Positions 39,630 to 49,924 of a stretch of DNA of 64,000 nt are shown one piece after another. The DNA comes from Candidatus Uhrbacteria bacterium (lineage in GTDB: Bacteria > Patescibacteriota > Patescibacteriia > UBA9934): positions 3,512 through 67,511 of the forward strand of contig JABHCP010000001.1 of the NCBI GenBank assembly GCA_018673485.1, in the 5' to 3' direction. Positions within the stretch are counted from its first letter, which is position 1; each line of letters begins with the position of its first letter. The notes under the pieces were generated by a model. The model ran no database searches. It worked only from the letters and a program-made list of their open reading frames with translations, and was not told the origin of the DNA. The position numbers and the translations under genes were made by a program.

Positions 39630-41933
39630 ATGGGTACAAAATTATTGATCGTTGAGTCGCCAACCAAGGCTCGAACAATTACAAAATTCTTAGGCGCACC
39701 TTATGAGGTGCTTTCTTCATATGGCCACATTCGTGATCTTCCAAGAAAGGAAATGGGAGTTGATACTGAGAAAAACTTCACACCTAAATATGTTGTACCG
39801 ACTGACAAAAAGAAACGAGTCAGCGAACTAAAGGCAGCAGCAAAGAAAGCAGATGAAATTTACCTGGCGTCTGATGAAGACCGAGAAGGAGAAGCGATTG
39901 CCTGGCACATTGCTGAAATTTTAGGACTTAAAGAAAATGAAATAAAACGAATTGCATTTCACGAAATTACAAAGCACGCAATTGAAGAGGCTCTAAAGGA
40001 ACCAAGAAAATTATCAATGGACTTGGTCGATGCTCAACAAACCCGCAGAATCCTGGACCGCCTTGTAGGTTACGAACTCTCTCCGTTCCTGTGGAAAAAA
40101 GTCCAACGTGGGCTTTCAGCTGGACGAGTACAGTCTGTTGCACTGCGTCTAATTGTTGAACGCGAGCGCGAACGTAATGCATTTAATACAGATGAATACT
40201 GGACGATTGAAGGACTATTTGAAAAAGACGCAACTGAGTTTGAGGGCAAGCTATCAAAGATCGATGGTAAGACTGTAAAAAAGTTACAAATTCAAACTGA
40301 GGCTGACGCACAAAAAATCAAAGACGATGTAGCTGGAGTTGAGTTTACAGTTTCTTCAATGGAGAAAAAGCACGCAACACGTAAACCGCCAGTGCCACTA
40401 ACAACGTCATCATTGCAACAAGAAGCTAACAGCAAACTGGGGTTCGGAGCAAAGCAAACCATGACAATTGCGCAAAAGTTATACGAGACAGGTATGATCA
40501 CGTACATGCGTACTGACTCTCTCAACCTAGCTGACAAGTTTTTGGGTGAAGCGCAGGCATACATTCAAAGCAGTCTTGGAAGCGATTACGCAACAGGACA
40601 ACAGGTTTACAAAACAAAAAAGAAAGGGGCACAAGAAGCCCACGAAGCCATTCGTCCAACAGATGTCACAGCAAGCCCAGAGGACCTACGACAGAAACTC
40701 AGCGATGAAGGTCAATGGAAATTATACGACCTAATCTGGCGTCGAACACTAGCAACCCAACTTCCACCAGCAAAGCTCGAGCAAACCGGAATCAACTTGG
40801 AGGCAAAAAACTACACGTTCCGAGCTAGTGGAAGCATCATAGTATTTGATGGCTTCATGAAAGTTTACCGCGCAGCTAAGCAGACCATTCTTCCAGAGGT
40901 AAAAGAGGGTGATAAAGTGCTCGACAAGGGAGTGGATGCTAAACAACACTTTACAGAGCCACCAGCACGATTCTCTGATGCAACTTTGGTTAAAGTGATG
41001 GAAGAGCATGGAATTGGACGACCATCCACCTATGCCCCAACAATCGGAACAATAATCGACCGTGGATATGTTGAGCGCGATGAACGAAAGAAGCTCGCTC
41101 CAACAAATACAGCCTTGATTGTAACTGATCTATTAGTGGAGCACTTCCCAGACATTGTTGATTATGAGTTCACTGCGACGATGGAGAAAACGCTCGATGA
41201 AATTGCCGAAGGAAAAATCGAATGGGAACCAATGCTTGAAGCTTTTTACAGACCATTTCATAAGAACTTAGAAGAAAAAGCCGACGCACTCACAAGAGCA
41301 GACGTGATGCATGAGCGTGAGCTAGGAGTTGATAAGAAATCTGGAAAGATGGTATATCTAAAAACCGGACGATTCGGACCTTTCGTACAGCTTGGTGAGT
41401 ATCACAAAGAAGACAAAGAGGCACCGAAGCCAAAAAGTTCGTCACTACTCAAAGGCATGAACATGGACACTGTAAAGCTTGAGGAGGTTATGCCACTGTT
41501 CGATCTTCCCCGCACTGTTGGAGAAACTGAGGGTGGAGAAAAAATCACATCTCAACTTGGACCTTATGGACCATATCTAAAAGCTGGAAAACTCAATGCT
41601 TCCCTGCCAGAAGACATCAGCGTATTGGAAGTCGATGAGGCTACAGCGCGCGTAATCATCGAGACAACACGTGCTGAGAAGAAAGCTATGGCCGAGCCAC
41701 TTGCCAAGCTCGGCGAGGATCCAGAAAGCAAAGGTGAGATTCTTGTAAAGGTTGGGCGCTTTGGACCATACATATCAGACGGTACAACAAACGTATCAAT
41801 CCCGAAAAAGTTTGAGCCAACAGAAGTTAGCAGAGAACAAGCGATCGAGATGCTAATAAAGAAACGTGCCAAGAAAGGATATAAAAAAACACCAGCCAAG
41901 AAAAAACCTGCAAAGAAAACAAAAAAGAAATAG
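39630..41933 (+). CDS. topA: DNA topoisomerase I with C-terminal repeats and Lys-rich tail
   Basis: VESPTK, DEDREGE, SAGRVQS, ITYMRTD, GRFGPY repeats. Confidence 0.99.
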   Translation: MGTKLLIVESPTKARTITKFLGAPYEVLSSYGHIRDLPRKEMGVDTEKNFTPKYVVPTDKKKRVSELKAAAKKADEIYLASDEDREGEAIAWHIAEILGLKENEIKRIAFHEITKHAIEEALKEPRKLSMDLVDAQQTRRILDRLVGYELSPFLWKKVQRGLSAGRVQSVALRLIVERERERNAFNTDEYWTIEGLFEKDATEFEGKLSKIDGKTVKKLQIQTEADAQKIKDDVAGVEFTVSSMEKKHATRKPPVPLTTSSLQQEANSKLGFGAKQTMTIAQKLYETGMITYMRTDSLNLADKFLGEAQAYIQSSLGSDYATGQQVYKTKKKGAQEAHEAIRPTDVTASPEDLRQKLSDEGQWKLYDLIWRRTLATQLPPAKLEQTGINLEAKNYTFRASGSIIVFDGFMKVYRAAKQTILPEVKEGDKVLDKGVDAKQHFTEPPARFSDATLVKVMEEHGIGRPSTYAPTIGTIIDRGYVERDERKKLAPTNTALIVTDLLVEHFPDIVDYEFTATMEKTLDEIAEGKIEWEPMLEAFYRPFHKNLEEKADALTRADVMHERELGVDKKSGKMVYLKTGRFGPFVQLGEYHKEDKEAPKPKSSSLLKGMNMDTVKLEEVMPLFDLPRTVGETEGGEKITSQLGPYGPYLKAGKLNASLPEDISVLEVDEATARVIIETTRAEKKAMAEPLAKLGEDPESKGEILVKVGRFGPYISDGTTNVSIPKKFEPTEVSREQAIEMLIKKRAKKGYKKTPAKKKPAKKTKKK

Positions 41934-41963
41934 GCTCCCAAGCCTATTTCTTTTTTTAACTAC

Positions 41964-43370
41964 TTACTCAGCTTCTGCCTGCGCTTTCTCTGCAGCGGCT
42001 AAGTCTTTCTCAAGCTTCTCTTTTCGTTTTTTCAACTCCTCGATCTTTTTCTCTACCTTTTCTAGTTTTTTCTGAAGTGCCTCTTTGTCCACATCAGACA
42101 AACCTTCAGCATCAAGTTGAGTTTCTAGATCTTTTCTTTGATCTACGAATGAGCCTTCATCTACATAGATCTGCTCAGCCGTATCACTGAGCTCTTTTTG
42201 CTTATCCGCGTCTTTGATACCTTCAATCCTTTTATCAAACTTTTCCTGCTCTGACGCACTTTCTTTGGCCTTTTCTTTATCTCTTTTATTCCGACCAATT
42301 TTTTTAACAACTTCAGATTTCTTTTTATCACGCTCGTCCAACCACTTATCCAAATTTTTGGTTGACTCACTTGCCTCACCAAACTTTAGGTCCTCTTGAC
42401 CGATCATCTGCTTGGCAAATCCCCAAGCCCCAACCGCCATTCTTGGCAATGTTGGCAATGATCCTTGAATTGGCTTAAGACCGAACGCAAACTTACCAGC
42501 AAGCCCCACCGGACCAATAGCCGCAGCTGCCGCAGTCCACTTCACTTTATCCACCTTATTTTTGTGCGCCTTTTCTTGATCTGCTTTGGCCTTCGCTGCA
42601 TCAAACTCAGCCTGTTCCTCTTCTTGCCTAGCCTGTTCTGCCAACTGATCTGCAGTCTGTTGCTCTTGTTTCTCGGTCTCAACTCTAGCTTCGCGTTGCT
42701 CTCTCTTAGTCTCATCTCTACCAAAACCTAATTCACTTGCCGCTACTACCCCAGCTACTAATCCTAGCTCGGCCATAGCTTTTTGCGTATCTTGGACTTG
42801 TTGACCTATCCTCACCTTCTCATCTTCATCAGTGGCATTAGCCATTTGCTCACCAAGGCGTTGAAATTCAGCATTAAACCAATCCCTGTCCCATTTTTCC
42901 TTATCCCATTTTTCTTTGCCTGCCTCAATTTGTTCTTGCGACTGAACCTTTTTCTCCTCCAGTTCTTTTAGTTCATTATTAATAGCAATCTCATGTTTAC
43001 CAGGGCGAGCAAGTTCACTATTTAATTCTTCACTTCGTTCTTTTAAAGTCTTCAATTCAGCACTTTCCGACCGGTCTTCGGCCTCAGCTCGTTCTTGTCT
43101 TGAATCAAACTCAACATATATATCTTCAAAATCCTGACCATCTTCAAGATCGCGAATGATACTCATCCAGATCTCTGCATCCTCAAGTTCATCTGCATGC
43201 CTTGCCTCCTCTTCTGCATGCCTAGCCTCTTCTGCTTGTTCTAAGGCTTTCTCCTGCTTCTCTCTTTCTGCTTGTTGCTCAGGAGACTCTACGCCCTTTT
43301 CTTTTCCACCTTCAACCGCTGCCCCCTCCGCAGCCTTACTTTTATCTAATTCTTTGTCTGCTTTTGTCAT
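41964..43370 (-). CDS. E/K-rich coiled-coil hypothetical protein
   Basis: Long open frame, charged heptad-like runs, two short Ala/Gly hydrophobic segments; start taken at MTKAD. Confidence 0.7.
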   Translation of the reverse strand: MTKADKELDKSKAAEGAAVEGGKEKGVESPEQQAEREKQEKALEQAEEARHAEEEARHADELEDAEIWMSIIRDLEDGQDFEDIYVEFDSRQERAEAEDRSESAELKTLKERSEELNSELARPGKHEIAINNELKELEEKKVQSQEQIEAGKEKWDKEKWDRDWFNAEFQRLGEQMANATDEDEKVRIGQQVQDTQKAMAELGLVAGVVAASELGFGRDETKREQREARVETEKQEQQTADQLAEQARQEEEQAEFDAAKAKADQEKAHKNKVDKVKWTAAAAAIGPVGLAGKFAFGLKPIQGSLPTLPRMAVGAWGFAKQMIGQEDLKFGEASESTKNLDKWLDERDKKKSEVVKKIGRNKRDKEKAKESASEQEKFDKRIEGIKDADKQKELSDTAEQIYVDEGSFVDQRKDLETQLDAEGLSDVDKEALQKKLEKVEKKIEELKKRKEKLEKDLAAAEKAQAEAE

Positions 43371-43564
43371 ATGTCTATATGATATCAAAATCTTGCTTTT
43401 CGTGGTATTGCACGCTAGTGTATACTGTAGGGTAGAAGATAGTCGACAGCACAAAGCCTAAAGCTTAAAGTAGAATTACGGCAACCCCCTGTCGTCCCCC
43501 TTGGGAAGGGGGGACACGAGAGTCTCGACTGGGTTCTGGCATCTGTAGTCTGTATTCTGAACAT

Positions 43565-45034
43565 ATGAAAATAGCTTTTGAAACAATTAAAGAAGTTCTC
43601 ACACCTGATCGGTATACGTCCGATGATATTGAGATTGCCAAAAAAGCATTCAACATGGCTAATCAGGCGCATGAGGGTCAGGTTCGTAAAACTGGAGAGC
43701 CGTACTTTATTCATCCGATGATTACCTGCATGAAGCTTGCGGAGATGAAGCTTCCTATTGAAGTTGTCATTGCTGGGCTATTGCATGACGTGCCGGAAGA
43801 TACAGAGGTGGAGCTTGATGAGATTCGCAATGCTTTTGGTGATGACGTTGCCAACATGGTTAATGGAGTTACAAAACTTGGACACGTTCAGTACCGTGGT
43901 ATTGATCGCTACGTAGAGAATCTGCGCAAGATGTTTTTGGCGATGGCCCAAGACGTTCGCGTGGTATTCATTAAATTCGCCGACAGAATGCACAACATGG
44001 AAACGCTCTATGTTATTCCAGAACACAAGCGCCGGCGCATTGCAAAAGAAGTAATGGAAATCTACGCCCCTATTGCCAACCGACTTGGAATGGGAGAATA
44101 TCGTGGGCTTTTTGAAGACTACGCATTTAGGTACCTTGAACCAAAAGAATACAACTGGACAAAACATTTGCTAGAGCAACGCGTAAAAAAAGCAGGGCCC
44201 GCGATGGAACGCGCTATGAAAAATGTAGAGTCAGATTTGCAAAAGCACAACATTCAAATATTAAACGTCCATGGAAGAATTAAGTACTGTCATTCGCTTT
44301 ACAAGAAACTTAGGCGTTACAATGACGATATTTCCAAAGTGTATGACATCATGGCACTGCGCATTCTTGTAAACGACGTGAGTGAATGCTATGCAGCGCT
44401 CGGAATTTTGCATGGTCTTTACACACCACTCTCTGGACGGATTAAAGACTACATCTCGCAACCTAAACCAAACGGATATCAATCACTGCATACAACCGTT
44501 TTTGATGACCAAGGGCATATTCTTGAATTCCAAATCCGAACCACAGAAATGCATGAAGAAGCTGAATACGGTATTGCGGCACACTGGAGGTATAAAGAAA
44601 ATCCTAATCAAAAAGACCGTGAAGTATCCTGGATGAATGAGTTGGTGAAAATTCAAAAAGAGCTCGACGAAGAAGATTTCATGGATCGCCTTGATGAGCT
44701 AAAGCTCGACATGTTCCAAGATAGAATCTTTGTGTTCTCACCAAACGGAGATGTTTTTGACCTCCCTTCTGGTTCAACACCAATTGATTTTGCATACAAT
44801 GTTCATACTGACATCGGGAACAAAGCAAGTGGCGCCAAGATAAATCATCAAATGGCGAACTTAAATACTCCACTTCGCTCAGGGGATATGTGCGAAATTC
44901 TTGTTGATAAAAATAGACAAAGTCCGAATGCTGATTGGCTCAAGTTTGTAAAAACACATCATGCGCGAACCAAGATTCGTGACGCACTAAAGAAATCAAA
45001 AAAGTCATTCTTCCAAGGTTTTATAAATAGGTAG
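43565..45034 (+). CDS. RelA/SpoT homologue (HD + synthetase + TGS, no ACT)
   Basis: LHDVPEDT, ADRMHNMETL, RIKDY..PKPNGYQSLHT, EFQIRT, TPIDFAY. Confidence 0.95.
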   Translation: MKIAFETIKEVLTPDRYTSDDIEIAKKAFNMANQAHEGQVRKTGEPYFIHPMITCMKLAEMKLPIEVVIAGLLHDVPEDTEVELDEIRNAFGDDVANMVNGVTKLGHVQYRGIDRYVENLRKMFLAMAQDVRVVFIKFADRMHNMETLYVIPEHKRRRIAKEVMEIYAPIANRLGMGEYRGLFEDYAFRYLEPKEYNWTKHLLEQRVKKAGPAMERAMKNVESDLQKHNIQILNVHGRIKYCHSLYKKLRRYNDDISKVYDIMALRILVNDVSECYAALGILHGLYTPLSGRIKDYISQPKPNGYQSLHTTVFDDQGHILEFQIRTTEMHEEAEYGIAAHWRYKENPNQKDREVSWMNELVKIQKELDEEDFMDRLDELKLDMFQDRIFVFSPNGDVFDLPSGSTPIDFAYNVHTDIGNKASGAKINHQMANLNTPLRSGDMCEILVDKNRQSPNADWLKFVKTHHARTKIRDALKKSKKSFFQGFINR

Positions 45035-45035
45035 T

Positions 45036-45431
45036 ATGGAAAATATTGCAATTGGAATTGTTCGAAACAGGCAAGGGCAAGTGCTTATTATACGAAGAAA
45101 AAATCCAGAAGAAAGTCCACACCTCACAAAATTATTCTGGGCATTTCCAGGAGGCAGGCCAGAACAAGGTGAGTCGCTTGAAGAAACTGTAATTCGTGAA
45201 ATAAAAGAAGAAACAGACATTGATGTTAAAATCAATCACCTACTTTCTACGCGCCTGCATCCCGAGTTCCCAGTTCACGCAACTTATTTTGCTTGCCACC
45301 CTATCAATCAAGCTCAGAAACCAGTGCCAGATAATAAAGAAACGATCGATGCGAGATGGGTGATTCCAGATCAATTAGAAAAATACTTTACAACAAATCT
45401 CAGTCCTGACGTCATCGCATATCTGCGATAG
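45036..45431 (+). CDS. MutT-like NUDIX hydrolase
   Basis: WAFPGGRPEQGESLEETVIREIKEET. Confidence 0.92.
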   Translation: MENIAIGIVRNRQGQVLIIRRKNPEESPHLTKLFWAFPGGRPEQGESLEETVIREIKEETDIDVKINHLLSTRLHPEFPVHATYFACHPINQAQKPVPDNKETIDARWVIPDQLEKYFTTNLSPDVIAYLR

Positions 45432-45433
45432 TA

Positions 45434-45459
45434 AAAAGACCGGCTTAGCCGGTCTTTTG
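45434..45459. terminator. bidirectional terminator between convergent NUDIX gene and parB
   Basis: aaaagaccggc-tta-gccggtctttt. Confidence 0.75.
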
Positions 45460-45466
45460 AATATTC

Positions 45467-46324
45467 CTATTCTACAATCTTTTTTATAAAATCTTTCAGC
45501 TCCTCGCGCGAGAAAAAACTAATTGTGACTTTGCTCGACGCTCCCTTCACATTAAGTGCTACCTTGGTTCCCAGCGCCTCTCTGAGCTCTGCCTCGATGG
45601 CAGCGATGTTTGGATCTTTTTCAGATGTCTTTCGCGGCGTTGTAGCACGAGCCTCTGCCTCACGCACGCTCATTCCGCCTCCAAGCATTTGCTTGAACAA
45701 TTCGTTTCGACGAATAGGATCCGATTCTGACAATAATGTTCGAGCGTGTGAGCGAGTAATCTTTTTCTCCATCAAAGCCTGTTGAACCTCATCGTCCAAA
45801 TCCATCAGACGCATTGTGTTGGCAACATAGCTCCGGCTCTTCCCTACTCTCTTTCCGATCTCATCTTGTTTTAAATTAAACAGCTCAACAAAAGAATTAA
45901 ATGCTCTGGCCTCTTCAATAGCATTCAAGTTTGATCGCTGAATATTCTCGATAAGTGCTAGCTCAAGTTTTTGCTGATCGGTCGCAGTTCTGACAACTGC
46001 CGGTACTGACTTCATTCCTAGCATCTTTGCACATCGAAATCGACGCTCACCAGCAATAAGCTCATATCTGCCATCATCAGTTCTAGTAACCAATAAGGGC
46101 TGCAAAATTCCATGCTCCTTAATTGATTGCAAAAGATCCTCCAAATCTGATGGAGAAAAATGCACTCGCGGCTGATGTGGATTCTCGACAATACTTTCCA
46201 CTGGAATCTCTGACTCAACAGTATGTTTTATCACATCTGCTGCCTCGGTGCCGGGCTGTGGTGCTATTTTTGGTGGAATCAATGAACTAAGTCCACGACC
46301 TAATCCTCCCTTAGGTGTTACCAT
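45467..46324 (-). CDS. parB: chromosome partition protein ParB
   Basis: GLGRGL, NPHQPR, IAGERRFR, IENIQR, HTH GKSRSYVAN. Confidence 0.97.
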   Translation of the reverse strand: MVTPKGGLGRGLSSLIPPKIAPQPGTEAADVIKHTVESEIPVESIVENPHQPRVHFSPSDLEDLLQSIKEHGILQPLLVTRTDDGRYELIAGERRFRCAKMLGMKSVPAVVRTATDQQKLELALIENIQRSNLNAIEEARAFNSFVELFNLKQDEIGKRVGKSRSYVANTMRLMDLDDEVQQALMEKKITRSHARTLLSESDPIRRNELFKQMLGGGMSVREAEARATTPRKTSEKDPNIAAIEAELREALGTKVALNVKGASSKVTISFFSREELKDFIKKIVE

Positions 46325-47105
46325 ATAAAACTTCTTTGGTTGCGTTATCTTCACGCGTTAAAAATTCTTTTGCTAATCGCTCGTACGAACGTGCTGCCTT
46401 TGACTTTGGATCATAATGCGCAATTGATTGACCAAAACTTGGTGCCTCTGCCAGTCGTACACTGCGCGGAATTACTGACCGGAAAATCTTTTCTGGGAAA
46501 TGCTTGTACAGCTCTTCTAAAACTTGATTTGATAATTTTGTTCGAGAATCAAACATTGTGATAACCGCCCCCATAACTTGCAACTCCGGCTTAAGTGATT
46601 GCTTGACCATGTTGATGGTTTGCATGAGCTGACCCAATCCTTCAAGAGCGTAGTACTCGGCTTGCACTGGAATCAATACACTGTCCGCTGCAACAAGTCC
46701 GTTGATAGTTAGCAATCCAAGTGTTGGTGGATTATCGATGAGAACATAATCATAGTCATTGCGAACTTCCAAAAGTGCCTGATGCAACTTACGCTCACGA
46801 CCAAATTCATTTACTAGCTCAACTGACGCCGCTGCCAAATTAGCATGCCCTGGCAATATGTGAAGACCTTCGTGCGCAGTCTTTACTAAAAGTTCACGCG
46901 CTGGGTGAAGCCCTGCGAGCGCCTCATAAGTTCCTTTGGTGTCAGAGATGTCATGCCCCAATCCACTCGATGCGTTTGCCTGTGGGTCCAAATCTACCAA
47001 CAAAACATACTTTCCCATGTCCGCCAAATACGCAGCCAGATTCACTGCTGTTGTGGATTTACCAACTCCTCCCTTTTGATTTACAACTGAAACAATATGC
47101 GCCAT
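46311..47105 (-). CDS. parA: ParA/Soj ATPase
   Basis: NQKGGVGKST, DLDPQAN, PVQAEYYALEG, LAEAPS. Confidence 0.97.
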   Translation of the reverse strand: MAHIVSVVNQKGGVGKSTTAVNLAAYLADMGKYVLLVDLDPQANASSGLGHDISDTKGTYEALAGLHPARELLVKTAHEGLHILPGHANLAAASVELVNEFGRERKLHQALLEVRNDYDYVLIDNPPTLGLLTINGLVAADSVLIPVQAEYYALEGLGQLMQTINMVKQSLKPELQVMGAVITMFDSRTKLSNQVLEELYKHFPEKIFRSVIPRSVRLAEAPSFGQSIAHYDPKSKAARSYERLAKEFLTREDNATKEVLYGNT

Positions 47106-47176
47106 AACGCAATTATTATATCAGTTAAGTAAGTGTTGAGCAAAACAAAAAGACCCGTCCTGAGGACCGGTATTCT

Positions 47177-47253
<77 letters not shown>

Positions 47254-47332
47254 CGAAGATACTACAAGTTTTAGCTCATTTTGTCAAACATAAGGGATAC
47301 AAAAAAATCTCTACATTTCTGTAAAGACTTTT

Positions 47333-47419
47333 TGGTGGGCAAGGCGGGGATCGAACCCGCACGGTATTGCTACCACGGGATTTTGAGTCCCGCGCGTCTA
47401 CCAGTTCCGCCACTCGCCC
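47333..47419 (-). tRNA. tRNA-Leu (CAA)
   Basis: Anticodon loop ctCAAaa, long variable arm, TTCGA, CCA end. Confidence 0.95.
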
Positions 47420-47661
47420 GTAGTGGTTTTAACGGGGAAATAGTATCAAAAATGGTTAAAATAGTCAATCCAAGGCCTTGCAAAAATACGATTATTTTGA
47501 TATAGTCTTGGCGCAGAACAAGACATCTGTACTAAGTAAACGAAGAAATTTCAGTGTAATATCAGTGCACATCGAGCATACAGAAAGACGTATAGATAAT
47601 ACGTCGTTGAGGAGCGGAGGTGTAAGCTGATAGTGCGCAAAATTTCAAAGTGAACAAATAA

Positions 47662-47738
47662 GGCTGGGTAGCTCAATTGGTTAGAGCGCAGGACTCATAA
47701 GCCTGAGGTTGTGGGTTCAATTCCCACCCCAGCTACCA
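47662..47738 (+). tRNA. tRNA with CAT anticodon, probably elongator tRNA-Met
   Basis: GGCTGGG acceptor (G2-C71, C3-G70, U4-A69), ctCATaa loop, CCA. Confidence 0.9.
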
Positions 47739-47796
47739 AAAAAGTTTGAGCTAGTCTCGAACTTTTTTGATACATCGTGATATAATGATTCTCGTT

Positions 47797-48258
47797 ATGA
47801 CAATTAGTACACATACAGCGATAGGTGCCGCAATTGGATTTGCGGTTGGAAATCCCATTCTGGGTTTTATAATTGGATTCACCTCTCACTTTATCTTGGA
47901 TACGATTCCGCATGGCGACAGCAAGATCAGTGATAATCTACGAGTACACAAAAAGAAAAAAGGTGCGTTCACTTATGGAACAATAGATGGCGTTGTAGCG
48001 ATCTACATAATCCTGCTCTTAACTCCAATTTCAAAAGAAACATCAGAGCTCGCCTTCAGCGCCGCAATCGCTGGAAGCATATTGCCGGATCTGCTCGTAG
48101 GACTTCACGACCTCACAAAGTCCAAATTTCTTAAACCAATCAACGACCTACACTTTTTCTTCCACGACTTTTTTGTAAAAAAACATGGAGATATAAAACT
48201 CCCCACCGCTCTCCTGGGCCAAGTAGTGCTCATCGCTATCATCATGACCCAAATTTAA
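47797..48258 (+). CDS. membrane protein, possible metal-dependent hydrolase
   Basis: TH..IG, SHFILD.IPHGD, LPD, LH...H motifs among TM helices. Confidence 0.7.
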   Translation: MTISTHTAIGAAIGFAVGNPILGFIIGFTSHFILDTIPHGDSKISDNLRVHKKKKGAFTYGTIDGVVAIYIILLLTPISKETSELAFSAAIAGSILPDLLVGLHDLTKSKFLKPINDLHFFFHDFFVKKHGDIKLPTALLGQVVLIAIIMTQI

Positions 48259-48274
48259 AACGACGCTCTACATT

Positions 48275-48330
48275 GTCATCCCGAGCATAGTCGAGGGATC
48301 TCTCGACTCACTCCGTTCGCTCGAGATGAC
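48275..48330. repeat. GTCATC..GATGAC REP element
   Basis: gtcatcccgagc ... gctcgagatgac. Confidence 0.75.
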
Positions 48331-48353
48331 GATAATTGTGGCGATTTTTTTAT

Positions 48354-48845
48354 TTAAAACAACACATCCGCGCTCACGCTTAAGATTGTCACAATGATTC
48401 CTGCGGTTAGTATTCCTGGGATAATTCCCATGATTGCGTACTTGAATGGTATCTTGAGTGCTACCGCTGCAAGCGTTGCAGTCCAAAGACCAGTAAGTGG
48501 CAGAGGTAAGGCTGTGAACAAAAACAAAGCCAAGGCCCCGTACTTTGCGTACTTATCGCGCACTCTACGTTCAGCTCGGTCAACCGATTTATCTATCACT
48601 TTCGTCATCCATGGAGCGATCTTTTCTGTAATCGATCGAAGCCAATTAAGGCCAAAGTATAGCGGAATGAGCGGAATCAAGTTCCCCACTATTGCATATC
48701 CCAGTGCATCAAGGGGTGAGAGAAGCCATGTATGCATTGCAATCGGAACAGCCAAGCGAAGCTCGGTGATTGGCAGGGTCGCCAAAATAACAGTCGCAAG
48801 CTCGCGTGGAAACGAATCAAGAAATTGTACAATTGTGTCGATCAT
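48354..48845 (-). CDS. putative small multi-drug export protein (COG2426-like)
   Basis: LPITELR.AVP, GN..P, LFLF.ALPLP.TG.WT. Confidence 0.85.
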   Translation of the reverse strand: MIDTIVQFLDSFPRELATVILATLPITELRLAVPIAMHTWLLSPLDALGYAIVGNLIPLIPLYFGLNWLRSITEKIAPWMTKVIDKSVDRAERRVRDKYAKYGALALFLFTALPLPLTGLWTATLAAVALKIPFKYAIMGIIPGILTAGIIVTILSVSADVLF

Positions 48846-48856
48846 AATTTTTTATG

Positions 48857-48939
48857 TGTCACCCCTGGCCACGACCAGGGGTCTATCACTCTTGCGAATT
48901 CGATAGTCGATGGATCCCGGCTCTACGGCCGGGATGACA
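48857..48939. repeat. GTCACCCCTGG..CCGGGATGAC REP doublet
   Basis: Near-identical to 53363-53445. Confidence 0.8.
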
Positions 48940-48948
48940 GAATGGGAA

Positions 48949-49917
48949 CTACTCAGGCCACTGGTAAGTTTTGAATGCCCAGTACGCTAGACCTTTTGCC
49001 TCACTGACTCGTGCGTCTTTGGACTCAGCGCCCATCACAATCACATGTACCTTATCACCTTCATACTCAACGGTTGTTGCTAGCACATATCCGGCCTGTG
49101 GTAGGTATCCCGTTTTACCGCCTGAGATTGAATAAGGGTACTCGTTCATGAAAGTAGTTAAAAGTGTGTTTGTGTTTTCTACTGTCACGCTTCGACCCGA
49201 TGCCTGCGTAATCGTTATGAATGGTTGGGTTGTGTAATATGCGATGATCTCGTTTTGCTCGGCCGTCTGCAGTAGTATTACAAGCTCACGAGCAGTCGAC
49301 ATATTTCGCGCATCGAGCCCTGTCGCGTCATAAAACTCGGTCTGGTCCATTCCAAGCTCATCAGCCTTAGTATTCATACGCGCCATGAAGTCCGCTGATG
49401 ACAATCCGGAGAATCTAATTAAAGATTGCGTAGCAGTATTGTCCGACCCCACTAAACTCGCGGCTAAAACATCGCTTAACAATAAACCATTGAAGTAGCC
49501 AAGATATAATCGTCCGCCGCCAACATAGTCAAGATCTGGATCAAGAGTGACAGTCTGGCTTAAGTCTGGATTTTGTTCCAAAAATACTAAAGCAGCCATT
49601 AACTTTGTCACGCTTCCGATTGATCGCAATGCATCTGGATGTTTTTGAAAAAGCACAGCGCCACTACTGTCGTCAATCACCACAGCGCTCCACGCGGTCG
49701 TCACAATTCCATATGAGTCCAGATCAACCTTTACTGGATAATCCCGACTATCTGCCTCAGGCAGCACTGAATAAGCAACCTCGAGCTCTGCAGCGCTCAT
49801 AATGGTCTGCTCAAAGTCCCCTTCCCCAACTTGATATTCAAAAACAGAGGCATCGGTTGGGAAAACCTGCACCAGAGATGCGGCAACTAAGATTTGTCCA
49901 ATAACTTTCAAAATCAT
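48949..49917 (-). CDS. D-alanyl-D-alanine carboxypeptidase (peptidase S11)
   Basis: SVTK (SxxK), SDN, KTG motifs; start at MILKV. Confidence 0.93.
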   Translation of the reverse strand: MILKVIGQILVAASLVQVFPTDASVFEYQVGEGDFEQTIMSAAELEVAYSVLPEADSRDYPVKVDLDSYGIVTTAWSAVVIDDSSGAVLFQKHPDALRSIGSVTKLMAALVFLEQNPDLSQTVTLDPDLDYVGGGRLYLGYFNGLLLSDVLAASLVGSDNTATQSLIRFSGLSSADFMARMNTKADELGMDQTEFYDATGLDARNMSTARELVILLQTAEQNEIIAYYTTQPFITITQASGRSVTVENTNTLLTTFMNEYPYSISGGKTGYLPQAGYVLATTVEYEGDKVHVIVMGAESKDARVSEAKGLAYWAFKTYQWPE

Positions 49918-49924
49918 ATATCTC

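Noticed and set aside
47662-47738. tRNA-Ile2 (lysidine) call
   Set aside because: Acceptor stem has Met-like U4-A69 rather than the C4-G69/C5-G68 TilS determinants; not fully excluded
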